Source: an uncultured bacterium
GTDB lineage: Bacteria > Fidelibacterota > Marinisomatia > Marinisomatales > UBA1611
Direction: 5' to 3'
Length of the DNA: 64,000 bases
NCBI GenBank assembly: GCA_965660855.1
Contig: CBFIBM010000007.1
Coordinates: 4,061-68,060, forward strand
Below are positions 8,396 through 18,500 of the stretch, piece after piece. Under the pieces are notes generated by a model. It was not told where the DNA came from, ran no database searches, and saw nothing but the letters and a program-made list of their open reading frames with translations. The translations under genes were made by a program, and so were the position numbers. Numbering within the stretch: position 1 is the first letter of the stretch; each line of letters begins with the position of its first letter.

Positions 8396-11068
8396 TTAAA
8401 AACCATATTTAAAAAACAATGTGGGTGTTAGCCCAAACATCACAACATTTTTACTTCGATTTTGATTTAAGTAAGGGTTGAATCGCCTATGACTCACAAC
8501 CTTATTATCATATAAATTATGTATAGATAATCCTAGGTCTGCTTTATTTTTTTTGATAAAAAATTTTCTTGAAAAGTTAATATCTAAACGATGAGAAGCT
8601 TTTAGACGTTTTGAATTTTGATTATCACTTATGACACTTTGATAGCCGCTTTGGATATAAATATTCTCTTCAGGAGTAAAGACAGCTCCTGAAGAGATAA
8701 TCCACATAGCTGTAAAGTCCCAATTAAATATTTTCAAAAGAGAAATAGTTTTTAATTCATGCCTTCTATTATGATTTGGAGTATAGTTCTCTGAATTATT
8801 CAAATTCTTAAAATTATATAAAGATTTATTGAAGCTGTAAGATATCCACCCTGTAAAAAAACCGTTCTTTTTCCTTATAAAAAATTCGAGACCCGTAGAC
8901 CTGCCAGTCCCGATTTCTAAGTCAATTGATTCTAAATTATCTTCCAAGTCAATCTCTATTGCTTCATAAAAAGATTTATTTAGTAGAAACATATTTTTAT
9001 AAGATTTATTATATATACTTGCAGAAATACTAAAGTTCTCCTTATCTAGAAAAGTACCAAAAGAGGTATTTTTTGATTCAGATACAGGAATTTTAGATGA
9101 GGATAGGAGCCATATATTCTGACTAGATTGGGTACTTCCAATATTATCTCTTTGATGTAAAAATTGATAAATTTTATTAAAGGTACATTCTAAAGTAATA
9201 GTGCTCTTTGGTTTTATATACAGAGATAACCTTGGTGAATTATAAAACTTCTCAGTTCCTGTAAAATAAGAAGTACGGCTTCCTATTTGAATTTTGAAAT
9301 ATTTATTAGCTGAGAAAAGATCTTCTATTGATCCAGAAATAATATTTGTTTTTTGCTCTAGGTAACTTCTATTACTTTGTAGCCCGTCCATTATAATATT
9401 TTTTAAAATATTTTTATAATGAGTATCTTCGACATTAAACGAAAAATTATGATTTTTTAGTCCTTTATAGGTTTGACTAATTTTAAATACTTGATTGGTT
9501 AAAGAATTAGTTTCTTGAAAATCTCCAATTGGAATTTCTGAACTATCTAATAGTTGTTCTTGTAATGAATAATATTTATTTGAGTATTTATATTTTGAAA
9601 AAGATATTTTTGATTTGTATGATTTGCTCCAATTAGAAAACCAATTCAATATTTGACCATTACTAGTTCCATTAGTGTTGCTACGAAATTGAACTGAATC
9701 ATTGGCAAAAATATTATCAAATCCAAAATAATTTCTCTTTTCAGTGATTATATCTTTTCCATAAACAAAAGTTTGTGATAATCTATGATTTGGCGATGCT
9801 AGAAAAGATATTTTTCCGATGAAATCACTATAAATCGTATTTATATCAAAACTTGAAGTTTTTGTATCCTGAGAATTAGCGATCTCAGAGATAAGATTAA
9901 ACTGGTCATCTCCTGTAATATAGGTTTTAATTGATTCATATAAATTTGAAGGTGAAACATTATCTAAAGATTGTCTGTAATTAATGATGAAATTTGTTTT
10001 ATTCGATAAGGGTGCTTCAAAAGACAAAGAATTACTCATAAAATTACTTGATATTGATGCTTTTGGTTTTAATCCGTCTCCATTTTTAGTAGTTAGGCGG
10101 ATTACACTTGATAAATATCCACCATATTGAGAAGGAATATTGCTTTTGTATACCTGAATATTTTTAATGGAATGCGGAGGGATACTACTTAAAAAACCAA
10201 ATAAATGATGTTTTTGATAAATTGCCATTCCATCAATTGTAATTAAGTTTTGATCAGATTCACCACCCCTAATAAATAACCCTGAAGGACCATTATTAAA
10301 AAGTTGAATTCCCGGTAAAAATTGTAATGTTCTAAAAATATCAACTTCCCCTAAGTTAGGTAAATTAGCTATATGTTTTGGTGAAAAAGAAATCTGACCG
10401 TGGGTTCCAGGAATATCTAAAAATTCTTTATTATGGCCTGTAATAGATATTGTTTCAGACTCTAATATTTTTGGGGTTAATTCAATTTTAAAATGTTTAT
10501 TGTTATCCGTGGCCTTTTCAATTATTAAGTATTTATGATGATAACCAATATATCTTATTTGAAGTGTACATTTTGGAACAGAAATATTTAAAAATGAGAA
10601 TTCTCCGTTTTGATCAGTAACATCTCCAATATTTTTTTGTGAATCAAAAACATTAGCAAAAACAATAATCTCCTTAGTCTCAATATCCTTGACTATACCT
10701 GATATTGAAAAAGAGTTATCATCCTTTTTTTTATAAATTATAAACTGTGCATCAATTTTTTTCCACTCTAAGCCTGCGTTAGTTACTATTATTTCTAGAG
10801 CTTCAACTTCAGAGCAATTCTCGCATTTAGCATTAATTTTTGGGTTTTCAAGTTGATCTGAATATGCTATGGAGAGACCATACTGTTCGATTAAACTACT
10901 TATAGCTTTTTTTAATTTTACATCATGAAATTTAAATTCAATTGAATTCCCATCTGACAATGCATATATTGATGATATAGCAGGGAAAAATATAAATAAA
11001 TGTTTTGCTAATACTAATACTTTGAATTTACGATATGGTATATTTATCACCATCAAATTTAACCTCAC
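8396..11068 (-). CDS. TonB-dependent receptor/transducer with N-terminal STN-like and carboxypeptidase-regulatory-like domains
   Basis: LGEVDIFRTLQFLPG, IRGGESDQN plug, HRLD, terminal Phe; exact start uncertain (ATG at 11053 possible). Confidence 0.88.
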   Translation of the reverse strand: MRLNLMVINIPYRKFKVLVLAKHLFIFFPAISSIYALSDGNSIEFKFHDVKLKKAISSLIEQYGLSIAYSDQLENPKINAKCENCSEVEALEIIVTNAGLEWKKIDAQFIIYKKKDDNSFSISGIVKDIETKEIIVFANVFDSQKNIGDVTDQNGEFSFLNISVPKCTLQIRYIGYHHKYLIIEKATDNNKHFKIELTPKILESETISITGHNKEFLDIPGTHGQISFSPKHIANLPNLGEVDIFRTLQFLPGIQLFNNGPSGLFIRGGESDQNLITIDGMAIYQKHHLFGFLSSIPPHSIKNIQVYKSNIPSQYGGYLSSVIRLTTKNGDGLKPKASISSNFMSNSLSFEAPLSNKTNFIINYRQSLDNVSPSNLYESIKTYITGDDQFNLISEIANSQDTKTSSFDINTIYSDFIGKISFLASPNHRLSQTFVYGKDIITEKRNYFGFDNIFANDSVQFRSNTNGTSNGQILNWFSNWSKSYKSKISFSKYKYSNKYYSLQEQLLDSSEIPIGDFQETNSLTNQVFKISQTYKGLKNHNFSFNVEDTHYKNILKNIIMDGLQSNRSYLEQKTNIISGSIEDLFSANKYFKIQIGSRTSYFTGTEKFYNSPRLSLYIKPKSTITLECTFNKIYQFLHQRDNIGSTQSSQNIWLLSSSKIPVSESKNTSFGTFLDKENFSISASIYNKSYKNMFLLNKSFYEAIEIDLEDNLESIDLEIGTGRSTGLEFFIRKKNGFFTGWISYSFNKSLYNFKNLNNSENYTPNHNRRHELKTISLLKIFNWDFTAMWIISSGAVFTPEENIYIQSGYQSVISDNQNSKRLKASHRLDINFSRKFFIKKNKADLGLSIHNLYDNKVVSHRRFNPYLNQNRSKNVVMFGLTPTLFFKYGF

Positions 11069-11840
11069 AAGGGCTTAATAAAGATAGTGCATTCAAAGCA
11101 TCATTTAAATTTTTAGCATTAATAATACCAGAGACAGTTAACGTTCGTAGCTCAGGTCTTGAAATTTTAATCACAACATCAAATATTCTTTCAAGCTCTA
11201 AACAGACCTGGGCAAGCGATCTATTATCACAATGAATCTTATCGTACCTCCAGCTAGGGTATTCAAAATAGGTTTGATTTAAAATTTGATTCTTAGTTTT
11301 AGATATTTGTATACATTCACCTTTATTAAGCTCTTGAGATTTAGATTTAGATTTTAACTTCACTCGTCCTTCGTTAACACCAAGTTCATAACCTTCAGGT
11401 CTATTTTTAATATTAAATGCGGTTCCTAAAACTTCTACATTAGCATAATTAGATTCAACGATAAATGGTAATGTTCCTTTAGCAATCTCAAAATATGCTT
11501 CACCATAAAGTTTAATATTTCGATGCTCAATATTAAACTTTTCATCATATGATATAGAGCTTACAGAGTTTAAATAAATTTTAGATCCATCCAGTAAGGA
11601 GATAGTTTTCTTCTCACCAGCATATGTGGATATTTCAATATTTGAATTACCATAAAAAATGATCAAGAGTAACACCAAACTTAAAATCGGGGCAAAAATA
11701 AATTTTGGGTTTAAAATACTCCAATTCAAATTTATGAAAGATCCTTGTTTTTTATTAAGGAGATTTTCAGACCTATCTAATATTTGTATTCTTTGTTCAA
11801 GGCGTTCCCAAACGATTTCTTTTTTTGGAGGTGTAGGCAA
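11028..11840 (-). CDS. FecR-family anti-sigma factor
   Basis: TM helix, then LLDGSKIYLNS, LYGEAYFEI, VEVLGTAFN, EGRV; the frame stays open upstream to 11891. Confidence 0.88.
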   Translation of the reverse strand: MPTPPKKEIVWERLEQRIQILDRSENLLNKKQGSFINLNWSILNPKFIFAPILSLVLLLIIFYGNSNIEISTYAGEKKTISLLDGSKIYLNSVSSISYDEKFNIEHRNIKLYGEAYFEIAKGTLPFIVESNYANVEVLGTAFNIKNRPEGYELGVNEGRVKLKSKSKSQELNKGECIQISKTKNQILNQTYFEYPSWRYDKIHCDNRSLAQVCLELERIFDVVIKISRPELRTLTVSGIINAKNLNDALNALSLLSPCEVKFDGDKYTIS

Positions 11841-11944
11841 TTGTTTTTGAGCGCTAAGTGTCCAGATATATTTTTCTTTCTTTTCGATTATTTATTACTC
11901 CTTTGTTCTAGTACCAATGTTAACGAAATCTATTGCATAAATAC

Positions 11945-12490
11945 TCATAAATAATTTTTCAAATGTTTTTTTAAGATTTTAAGAGATCGATAAATTTGAT
12001 TTTCAACTGTTCGAATACTTAAAGACAAAATTTCTGCAATTTCTGAGTTTGTTTTTCCTTCTATCCTGCTTAGTATAAAAATATTTTTACATTTTTCAGG
12101 AAGTTCTTTATTAACTAAATCTTGGATTTTTTCTTGTAGTATTTCAACATCTGTCATGGATTGAGGATTATCATAATGTGACTTGGAAAAATCTGGAATT
12201 TTTTCTCTGTGCCTATTTCTTACTTCAAGATGTCTGAAGTGATCATAGCATAGATTGGTTGAAATACGTGCAATTAATGAGAAAAATGATTTTTCAGGTA
12301 TAATTTTCTTACGAGTTTTCCATACTCTCAAAAAGGTTTCTTGAGTTATATCTTCTGCTAAATCGCTATCTTTTGTTTTGTAAAAAACAAATCTAAATAG
12401 ACTGTCATGATAAGTTGAAAAAAGTTTTTTAAACGACTTTTTATCAGAATTTTTTACGTTTTGTAATATTTTTTGTTCTTTTTCCATCAT
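11945..12490 (-). CDS. ECF sigma-70 factor (FecI-like)
   Basis: AEDITQETFLRVW region 2; EIAEILSLSIRTVENQIYR region 4; upstream of FecR. Confidence 0.93.
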   Translation of the reverse strand: MMEKEQKILQNVKNSDKKSFKKLFSTYHDSLFRFVFYKTKDSDLAEDITQETFLRVWKTRKKIIPEKSFFSLIARISTNLCYDHFRHLEVRNRHREKIPDFSKSHYDNPQSMTDVEILQEKIQDLVNKELPEKCKNIFILSRIEGKTNSEIAEILSLSIRTVENQIYRSLKILKKHLKNYL

Positions 12491-12593
12491 TTAGACTTTG
12501 AAGTATAGTTTAAAAAAACAAAACTTGATAAACAGAAATAGATTTTAGAAATTATAATAATTATTTTTATCAGCTAGAATTATAACAATAGGT

Positions 12594-13577
12594 TTGAATA
12601 GTTATAAATTTAGGCACCAAATGAATTATATTTTAAACAATATATATAAAATTATCCCAATTATAACATTACTGATGATTTTTTCAGGATGTTCTTCTAT
12701 TAGGGGTCCAGTCTATCCTGAAATAATTTATAATAATCGTCAGCCACTCATTTCTGTAACTTATGAGTATGGAGAGATAGAATTAATTCTACCATTAAAA
12801 TATGATGCTGCAATTCCAGATAATATTTTATTTAAGGTATATGCTCAAGGCGATACAGTTCACCCAATATTATCTATTTTACAGGAATCACCTAAAGATT
12901 TCTTAGCATATTTGCCACAAGGTGTTTTAGACATCCAAAATAAAACAAATATTGTAAAAATTATTCCTCAGGATAGTAATTTTGATCCTGTTCAAGTTCG
13001 TTTTAAAGGCATAAGGTTCGGGAGGTTAACACTTCCAAGAAAGACTATTAAGATGGGACAATTAGTTGTAAAAGGAAAAACTTTTTTAAATAAAAATGAT
13101 TCCATTATTGCTGGTGCATCAATTACTTTGCAAAATTTTGATAATATAATTAATGCGACAAGTTCAAATAGGTCTGGATATTTTCAAATTGCGATTCCTG
13201 GAGAATATAAATATGCAGAGCATTTACGAATTGTTGCCGGTGAAAATCTAATTTTTAAACCGTTTGCAAAAAAATTAGACTTTAAAGAAAGTCGTAAAAA
13301 AAATCTAAATATTGGATTAGGTCCGTCTAATGATCTAAAAGAACCATTGTATATGACAAATAAAGATAATGTGCACTTTAGGAAAAGCCCTGAAATAGGG
13401 TCAGAAACATTATTTTTATTAAAAGAAGGTGAGGTTATTTCAGTTGATAGAGTTACACCAGGAGAATATTTTGGTTTTATAGAAGTTCTTTTGGAGGATA
13501 AAAAACTGATTCAATTAGAAGGTTGGGTAAATCGATCTGATTTAAGATTGTTAAATTTTAATAACATATATAAATGA
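12594..13577 (+). CDS. lipoprotein with carboxypeptidase-regulatory-like and C-terminal SH3-like domain
   Basis: Lipobox FSGC; NVHFRKSP...LLKEGE...EGWVNRSDL is SH3b-like; start may be ATG at 12621. Confidence 0.65.
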   Translation: MNSYKFRHQMNYILNNIYKIIPIITLLMIFSGCSSIRGPVYPEIIYNNRQPLISVTYEYGEIELILPLKYDAAIPDNILFKVYAQGDTVHPILSILQESPKDFLAYLPQGVLDIQNKTNIVKIIPQDSNFDPVQVRFKGIRFGRLTLPRKTIKMGQLVVKGKTFLNKNDSIIAGASITLQNFDNIINATSSNRSGYFQIAIPGEYKYAEHLRIVAGENLIFKPFAKKLDFKESRKKNLNIGLGPSNDLKEPLYMTNKDNVHFRKSPEIGSETLFLLKEGEVISVDRVTPGEYFGFIEVLLEDKKLIQLEGWVNRSDLRLLNFNNIYK

Positions 13578-14071
13578 TATTCATAATGAAATTATTCAAA
13601 AATTTAATTTTCATCAGTTTAGCAGTTTTTCTATCTCTTAAAGCACAAATAAAACTAGATGTCAACACAATCCCGAATAGAGTTAATGTTTTTTTAGATG
13701 GAGTTAACTTAGGTCGTTCACCTATTGTAAATGAAAGAATAAAACCTGGCTTACATAAATTTGAAATCAAAAAGAGCGGTTTTGCACCTTTATCTTATGA
13801 ATTACTAGTGAACCCTGCTCAAGCTGTAAAATTAGATTTCTTTTTAAATCCTATATATGAAGTAAAGTTCAAAACAGAAGAAAAAGGACTTATCTTTGAA
13901 GTAAATGGAGAGCACAGATGGGATGTCCCATTGGTACGTTTAGAACTCGAAGCAGGTGAGCACTTCTTAAGAGTTTTTAAAATTGGCGAAATTATAGATG
14001 AACAGATGATAACGGTTGATGAACCAAAAAGGTTTAACTATTTTCTACAAAAACCCCTTACATCAGACTAA
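13574..14071 (+). CDS. PEGA domain protein
   Basis: signal peptide; VNTIP..VNVFLDG..LGRSP....IKPGLH.FEIKKSGF. Confidence 0.8.
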   Translation: MIFIMKLFKNLIFISLAVFLSLKAQIKLDVNTIPNRVNVFLDGVNLGRSPIVNERIKPGLHKFEIKKSGFAPLSYELLVNPAQAVKLDFFLNPIYEVKFKTEEKGLIFEVNGEHRWDVPLVRLELEAGEHFLRVFKIGEIIDEQMITVDEPKRFNYFLQKPLTSD

Positions 14072-14076
14072 TCTCT

Positions 14077-14979
14077 ATGCAGAATTATATTTGGTTTATA
14101 TTGCTTATATCTTGTCTTTTTTCTATGAGTCAAGAACCAACGTATTTAGTATTAAACCATTTTGACCAAGAAATTCCAGAAGCTGAAAAATCACTTATAA
14201 AAAGTTTTAATAACTCTAAATTTGAATTTAATGAATCAATAAAAAACATTTTTCTAGATTTAGATGATTTTGATAATCCTGCTTCAAGTCACATGGACAT
14301 TATTAAAGAACTTGGTGCAGAGCATAAAGTTAATTTTATCTTATTAAATAAAATTGAACATAATGATGATAGGTTTATCTTAGACGGTTTGTTATTTAAT
14401 ACTCGGTCAGGTGGTTTGATTCATAGAAGGAAAATAGATCTAAAACAGTATTTAAATGGACAAATTAATGAACTTATTATGTGGGTTGGAAATACACTTG
14501 GTGTGCAGCAAAAAGATTGGCAGGAAAATAGAGAATCAATTCTCTTTAGCGATCCAGAAGAAATAGAATATGAGAAAACTCCTATGGGCGCAGCAATCAG
14601 GAGTTTGATTGTCCCGGGGTGGGGTCAAGCCTATTCAAATAAAAAAGTCTCTTCAAGAGTATGGTTTGGTGTAGAGGCATCACTAAGCCTAGCTTTCATT
14701 CTTAGTTATTTAAATTATGATATATCTGTTACAAATTTTTTAAAAAATTCAAATTCATATAATACAACTGATGATGAAAAACTAGTTTCAAAATACAGAT
14801 TAGAAGCGGAAAGTGATTGGACAAATCACATAAAATACAGCAGACTCGCAATTGCCTTAGCATCCGCAACAGGAACAGGTTGGGTTTCAAATAGTATTCA
14901 CGCGTGGGTATTTGGACCTCGGCCTTATACAAATATCTATCAGGAATGGGGTTCCTCATCTAAATTAGAAGAGGGATAA
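14077..14979 (+). CDS. secreted/membrane protein with DUF5683-like C-terminus
   Basis: AAIRSLIVPGWGQAY motif followed by hydrophobic helices. Confidence 0.65.
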   Translation: MQNYIWFILLISCLFSMSQEPTYLVLNHFDQEIPEAEKSLIKSFNNSKFEFNESIKNIFLDLDDFDNPASSHMDIIKELGAEHKVNFILLNKIEHNDDRFILDGLLFNTRSGGLIHRRKIDLKQYLNGQINELIMWVGNTLGVQQKDWQENRESILFSDPEEIEYEKTPMGAAIRSLIVPGWGQAYSNKKVSSRVWFGVEASLSLAFILSYLNYDISVTNFLKNSNSYNTTDDEKLVSKYRLEAESDWTNHIKYSRLAIALASATGTGWVSNSIHAWVFGPRPYTNIYQEWGSSSKLEEG

Positions 14980-14981
14980 AT

Positions 14982-15545
14982 TTGAAAATAATTAATGATT
15001 ATAAAATTCTTGGAATAATAGTTTTCATTACTTTTTCATGTAAGCTGTATAAAAAAGAATTTGATAACCCTGTAGATTATAAAGCAAATAGCGATTTGGG
15101 AATAAATGCACCTGCATTAGTATTTTACCCAAAAACACAAACAATAAATGTTAATGAAACTCTTATAGTAGAGTCTGTTATCGTATTTCATGAAGATTCG
15201 ATACAAGCTTTTTCTGGAGCGCATTTAAGAGTTCATTTTCCCAACCAATTAATTAAGCTTGATACAATAGTTCCAGGTCTGTTTATCACGGATACTAGTC
15301 AGTCAAATCCACTTTTTACCTATACTTTTGATGGGAATAATATGATTGATATTTATACATATTTTTTATCCGAAAGTAAATATTTTATTGAAGGAACAGG
15401 GCATATTGCAGACATCATATTTACCGCTTTAGAAGGAGGTGTTGACAGTCTATACTATGATTTAGATTATTGTGAAATCATTAATGTATATGATGATGAG
15501 ATTTCAATATTAGGTAAGAGAGGTGCCGAGGTAAAAATAGATTGA
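14982..15545 (+). CDS. lipoprotein with cohesin-like beta-sandwich
   Basis: Lipobox TFSC, FDNPVD; FSGAHLRVHFPNQLIKLDTI..G and GTGHIADIIFTAL resemble cohesin strands. Confidence 0.6.
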   Translation: MKIINDYKILGIIVFITFSCKLYKKEFDNPVDYKANSDLGINAPALVFYPKTQTINVNETLIVESVIVFHEDSIQAFSGAHLRVHFPNQLIKLDTIVPGLFITDTSQSNPLFTYTFDGNNMIDIYTYFLSESKYFIEGTGHIADIIFTALEGGVDSLYYDLDYCEIINVYDDEISILGKRGAEVKID

Positions 15546-18500
15546 AAAATTTTATCACTATAATTATTTTTTCTTTTTTTAGCTCAATATTAATAGGGCA
15601 AGTATTATTAGAAACTGACTTTGATAATGGAAATCTTCCAAGCAATTGGTATTTTGATCCTGTGCCACCATATTCACCCGCAAATAGAGGTGAATGGACA
15701 GTGTCTTCAAGTTCCTCTAGTTTTAATACGGATCCTCCTTCTGCTACTTATAATTGGAACCCTGCTAGTAGTAGCGGATTTGCTAATTATTCAGAACACT
15801 ATCTTTATTCTGAAATTATTAATGTATCAGATCCAACATATGCTTTAGTTCAATTTCAAATAGCTTTGGATGGTTATTCTACACCTCCAAACCATTATAA
15901 TGGGATGAAAGTTGAGTATAGCAGTGATGGGAATTCGTGGTTTACTGTATTAGAATATCAGATTAGTAATGCAAGTGGAGCAACAGTTGATATTTTACCA
16001 AGAACAGATGAATTTTATGTAACGATGGATAATACCCTACAAATTCGTTGGGAAACGTATGGTACAAATTCTTATCACATAGATCGTTGGCACATTGACA
16101 ATATAAAAGTAACTGCTATTCCATCAATAGACCAAAATGGATCTGCAACAATAAGTTCAAATAACCTTGATGACTCACAGAAAGCGATACCTGGAGATGT
16201 TGTTACACTTGCATTTACAGTACCTACAGATTTAGCTGATGGTACAGAGCCATTTGTTTTGATAAACTCCGCTGAGGCTATAGTAACAAATATTTCTGGA
16301 CGCAATTTTAGTGCTGAATATACCGTTCCAGAGGATGCTTCAGATGGACCAATTTCTTTTTCTATTGACTTTACAACAGCAAGTAATATCCCAGGTCCAA
16401 CTTGCAGAAATACAACAGACTATACAAATGTATTAATAGATGTTACTGGTCCTGTTTCACCCACTGTAACAGTCAATACTGTAGTATTAGGCGGTAATGT
16501 TTTCTCAGGAATTTGGAATTCAACAAATGAAAATGTTCAAGTAGAAGTTGAAGTTCCTAGTGATACAACAGTTGTTGCATTTAATTATGAGACAGGTCAA
16601 TCAGTAGATATGGTAGGCTCTAATAGCCTTTTAAATATTCCATCTAATATCATTTACAACGTAACTAATGAATTCACTTTTGAAACATATATTAAAGTTA
16701 ATTCAGCTACAGATTATCAAGGATTTTTAGATTTTGGTCAATATAGTGGATTTACACAAAAAGGATTTGGTGCATTTTTATATGGAGGGGGTTGGAGGTT
16801 TTTTTTAAAAACAACAGGACTAGCAAGTGGACTAAGTGATATAGAGCACTTACAGGCATCTGCTCCTATAGATACATGGGTACATTTTGCAATTACGTTT
16901 GAAAATAGCACTTTAAAGTTATATCGAAATGGAATATTAATAGGTTCAAAAAGTGATTATACGGGGAATGTAGATTGGGGTGGATTTTCAGATAATTTAA
17001 TTTTAGGATCATTTGATAGTGGTTCAGGAACAAGTTATTTTGATGGAAAAATTGATGAAGTACGTTTTTGGAATATTGCACGAACAGAGAATGAAATAAA
17101 AGCATATAAAAATGTTGGTTTAAATGGTGATGAAACAGGATTAATTGGTTATTGGCGCCTTGATGAGCTTTCAGGTTCAGTTGCGACTGATTTATCAGTT
17201 ACAAATAACCCTGGAGCATTAGTTAATGGAGCAAGTTTTGTTCAAGACTCCTACTTTTTATTTCAGGAAGATTCACTAAACACTCTTTCTATAATTGGAT
17301 CAAAATTTCAAATATTAAGCAAGATATCTGGGAATCCATATGAGTTAATTGGAGATAAAATCACTATTACCGCTGATGATTTAGCGGCGCAAAAGATGAA
17401 TCTTTCAGCAACCGCGGATCAATTTCAATCTTTGACAGGGTTTGGACATAACCTTAGTACTGAATTTTCTGCCCGATTGTTTGATCAATCTGGTAACTTC
17501 GCAGATGGAAATACTAGTGCGACCACTTTAAATATAGACATAATCGCAGGCCCTCCATCTACTATTTCTATATCTTCAAATAATACCTATACACATCTTG
17601 CAAAGACAGGTGATCAGATAACCCTCAATATGAGTTTTGATGAGGATGTTAATTTACCAGAGGTTTTAATTGAAGGTAATTCGAGTACTGAATCGGATCT
17701 AGGATCTGAATCTTTTAACTCAATTTATGTTCTTAGCGGCGCTGAGCCTGAGGGAAATATAGAATTTGATCTTACGGTAATAGACTATCTTGGAAATCAA
17801 AATTCATATAATTCTATAACAGATGGTTCTAATGTTTATTATGATAAAACAAAACCAAATTTAGACATTGTTAGGATTGTAAGTAATAATCCCCATGATA
17901 CAACATGGGCATCCAATGGTAATACAATAAGTTTATACTTTACTTCAAATGAAGATATTTCTAATACAGATTCAATACCGTCTGCTACAATATTAGGACA
18001 GAATTCATTAACAACTAATATTGGTTCCGATAACTGGAAGGCAGCTTATATAACAACAAACACCGATCAAGAAGGTGAGGTGGATTTTGAAATTACTTTT
18101 CATGACTTAGCTGGGAATAAAGGGGATATTGTCTCTTCATCTACTGTTGATAATAATAGCAAAGTAATATATGATCGTACAACTCCTTCAGATTTTACTC
18201 TTGGAACCATAACATCAATGGGTGGAAATATTATTGATAATGTTTGGAATTCAACAAATAATAACTTAGAAGTAATTGTACCAATAGAAAATGATACAAC
18301 TCTTAAACAGGGATGGGTGCAAATTCGTGCAAAAATTGGTTCAAATAGTATGGAGGATTTTGGAGCAATCTCAGAAATTGAAGAAGAAGATATTTCAGGA
18401 CAAAAAAGTTTGATTTTTTCTGCACTTGAGGTTGAAGGTATTACGGGTTTTAACGATAATGATACTATTGTTTTTAACGCTATTCTTTATGATCGACCAG

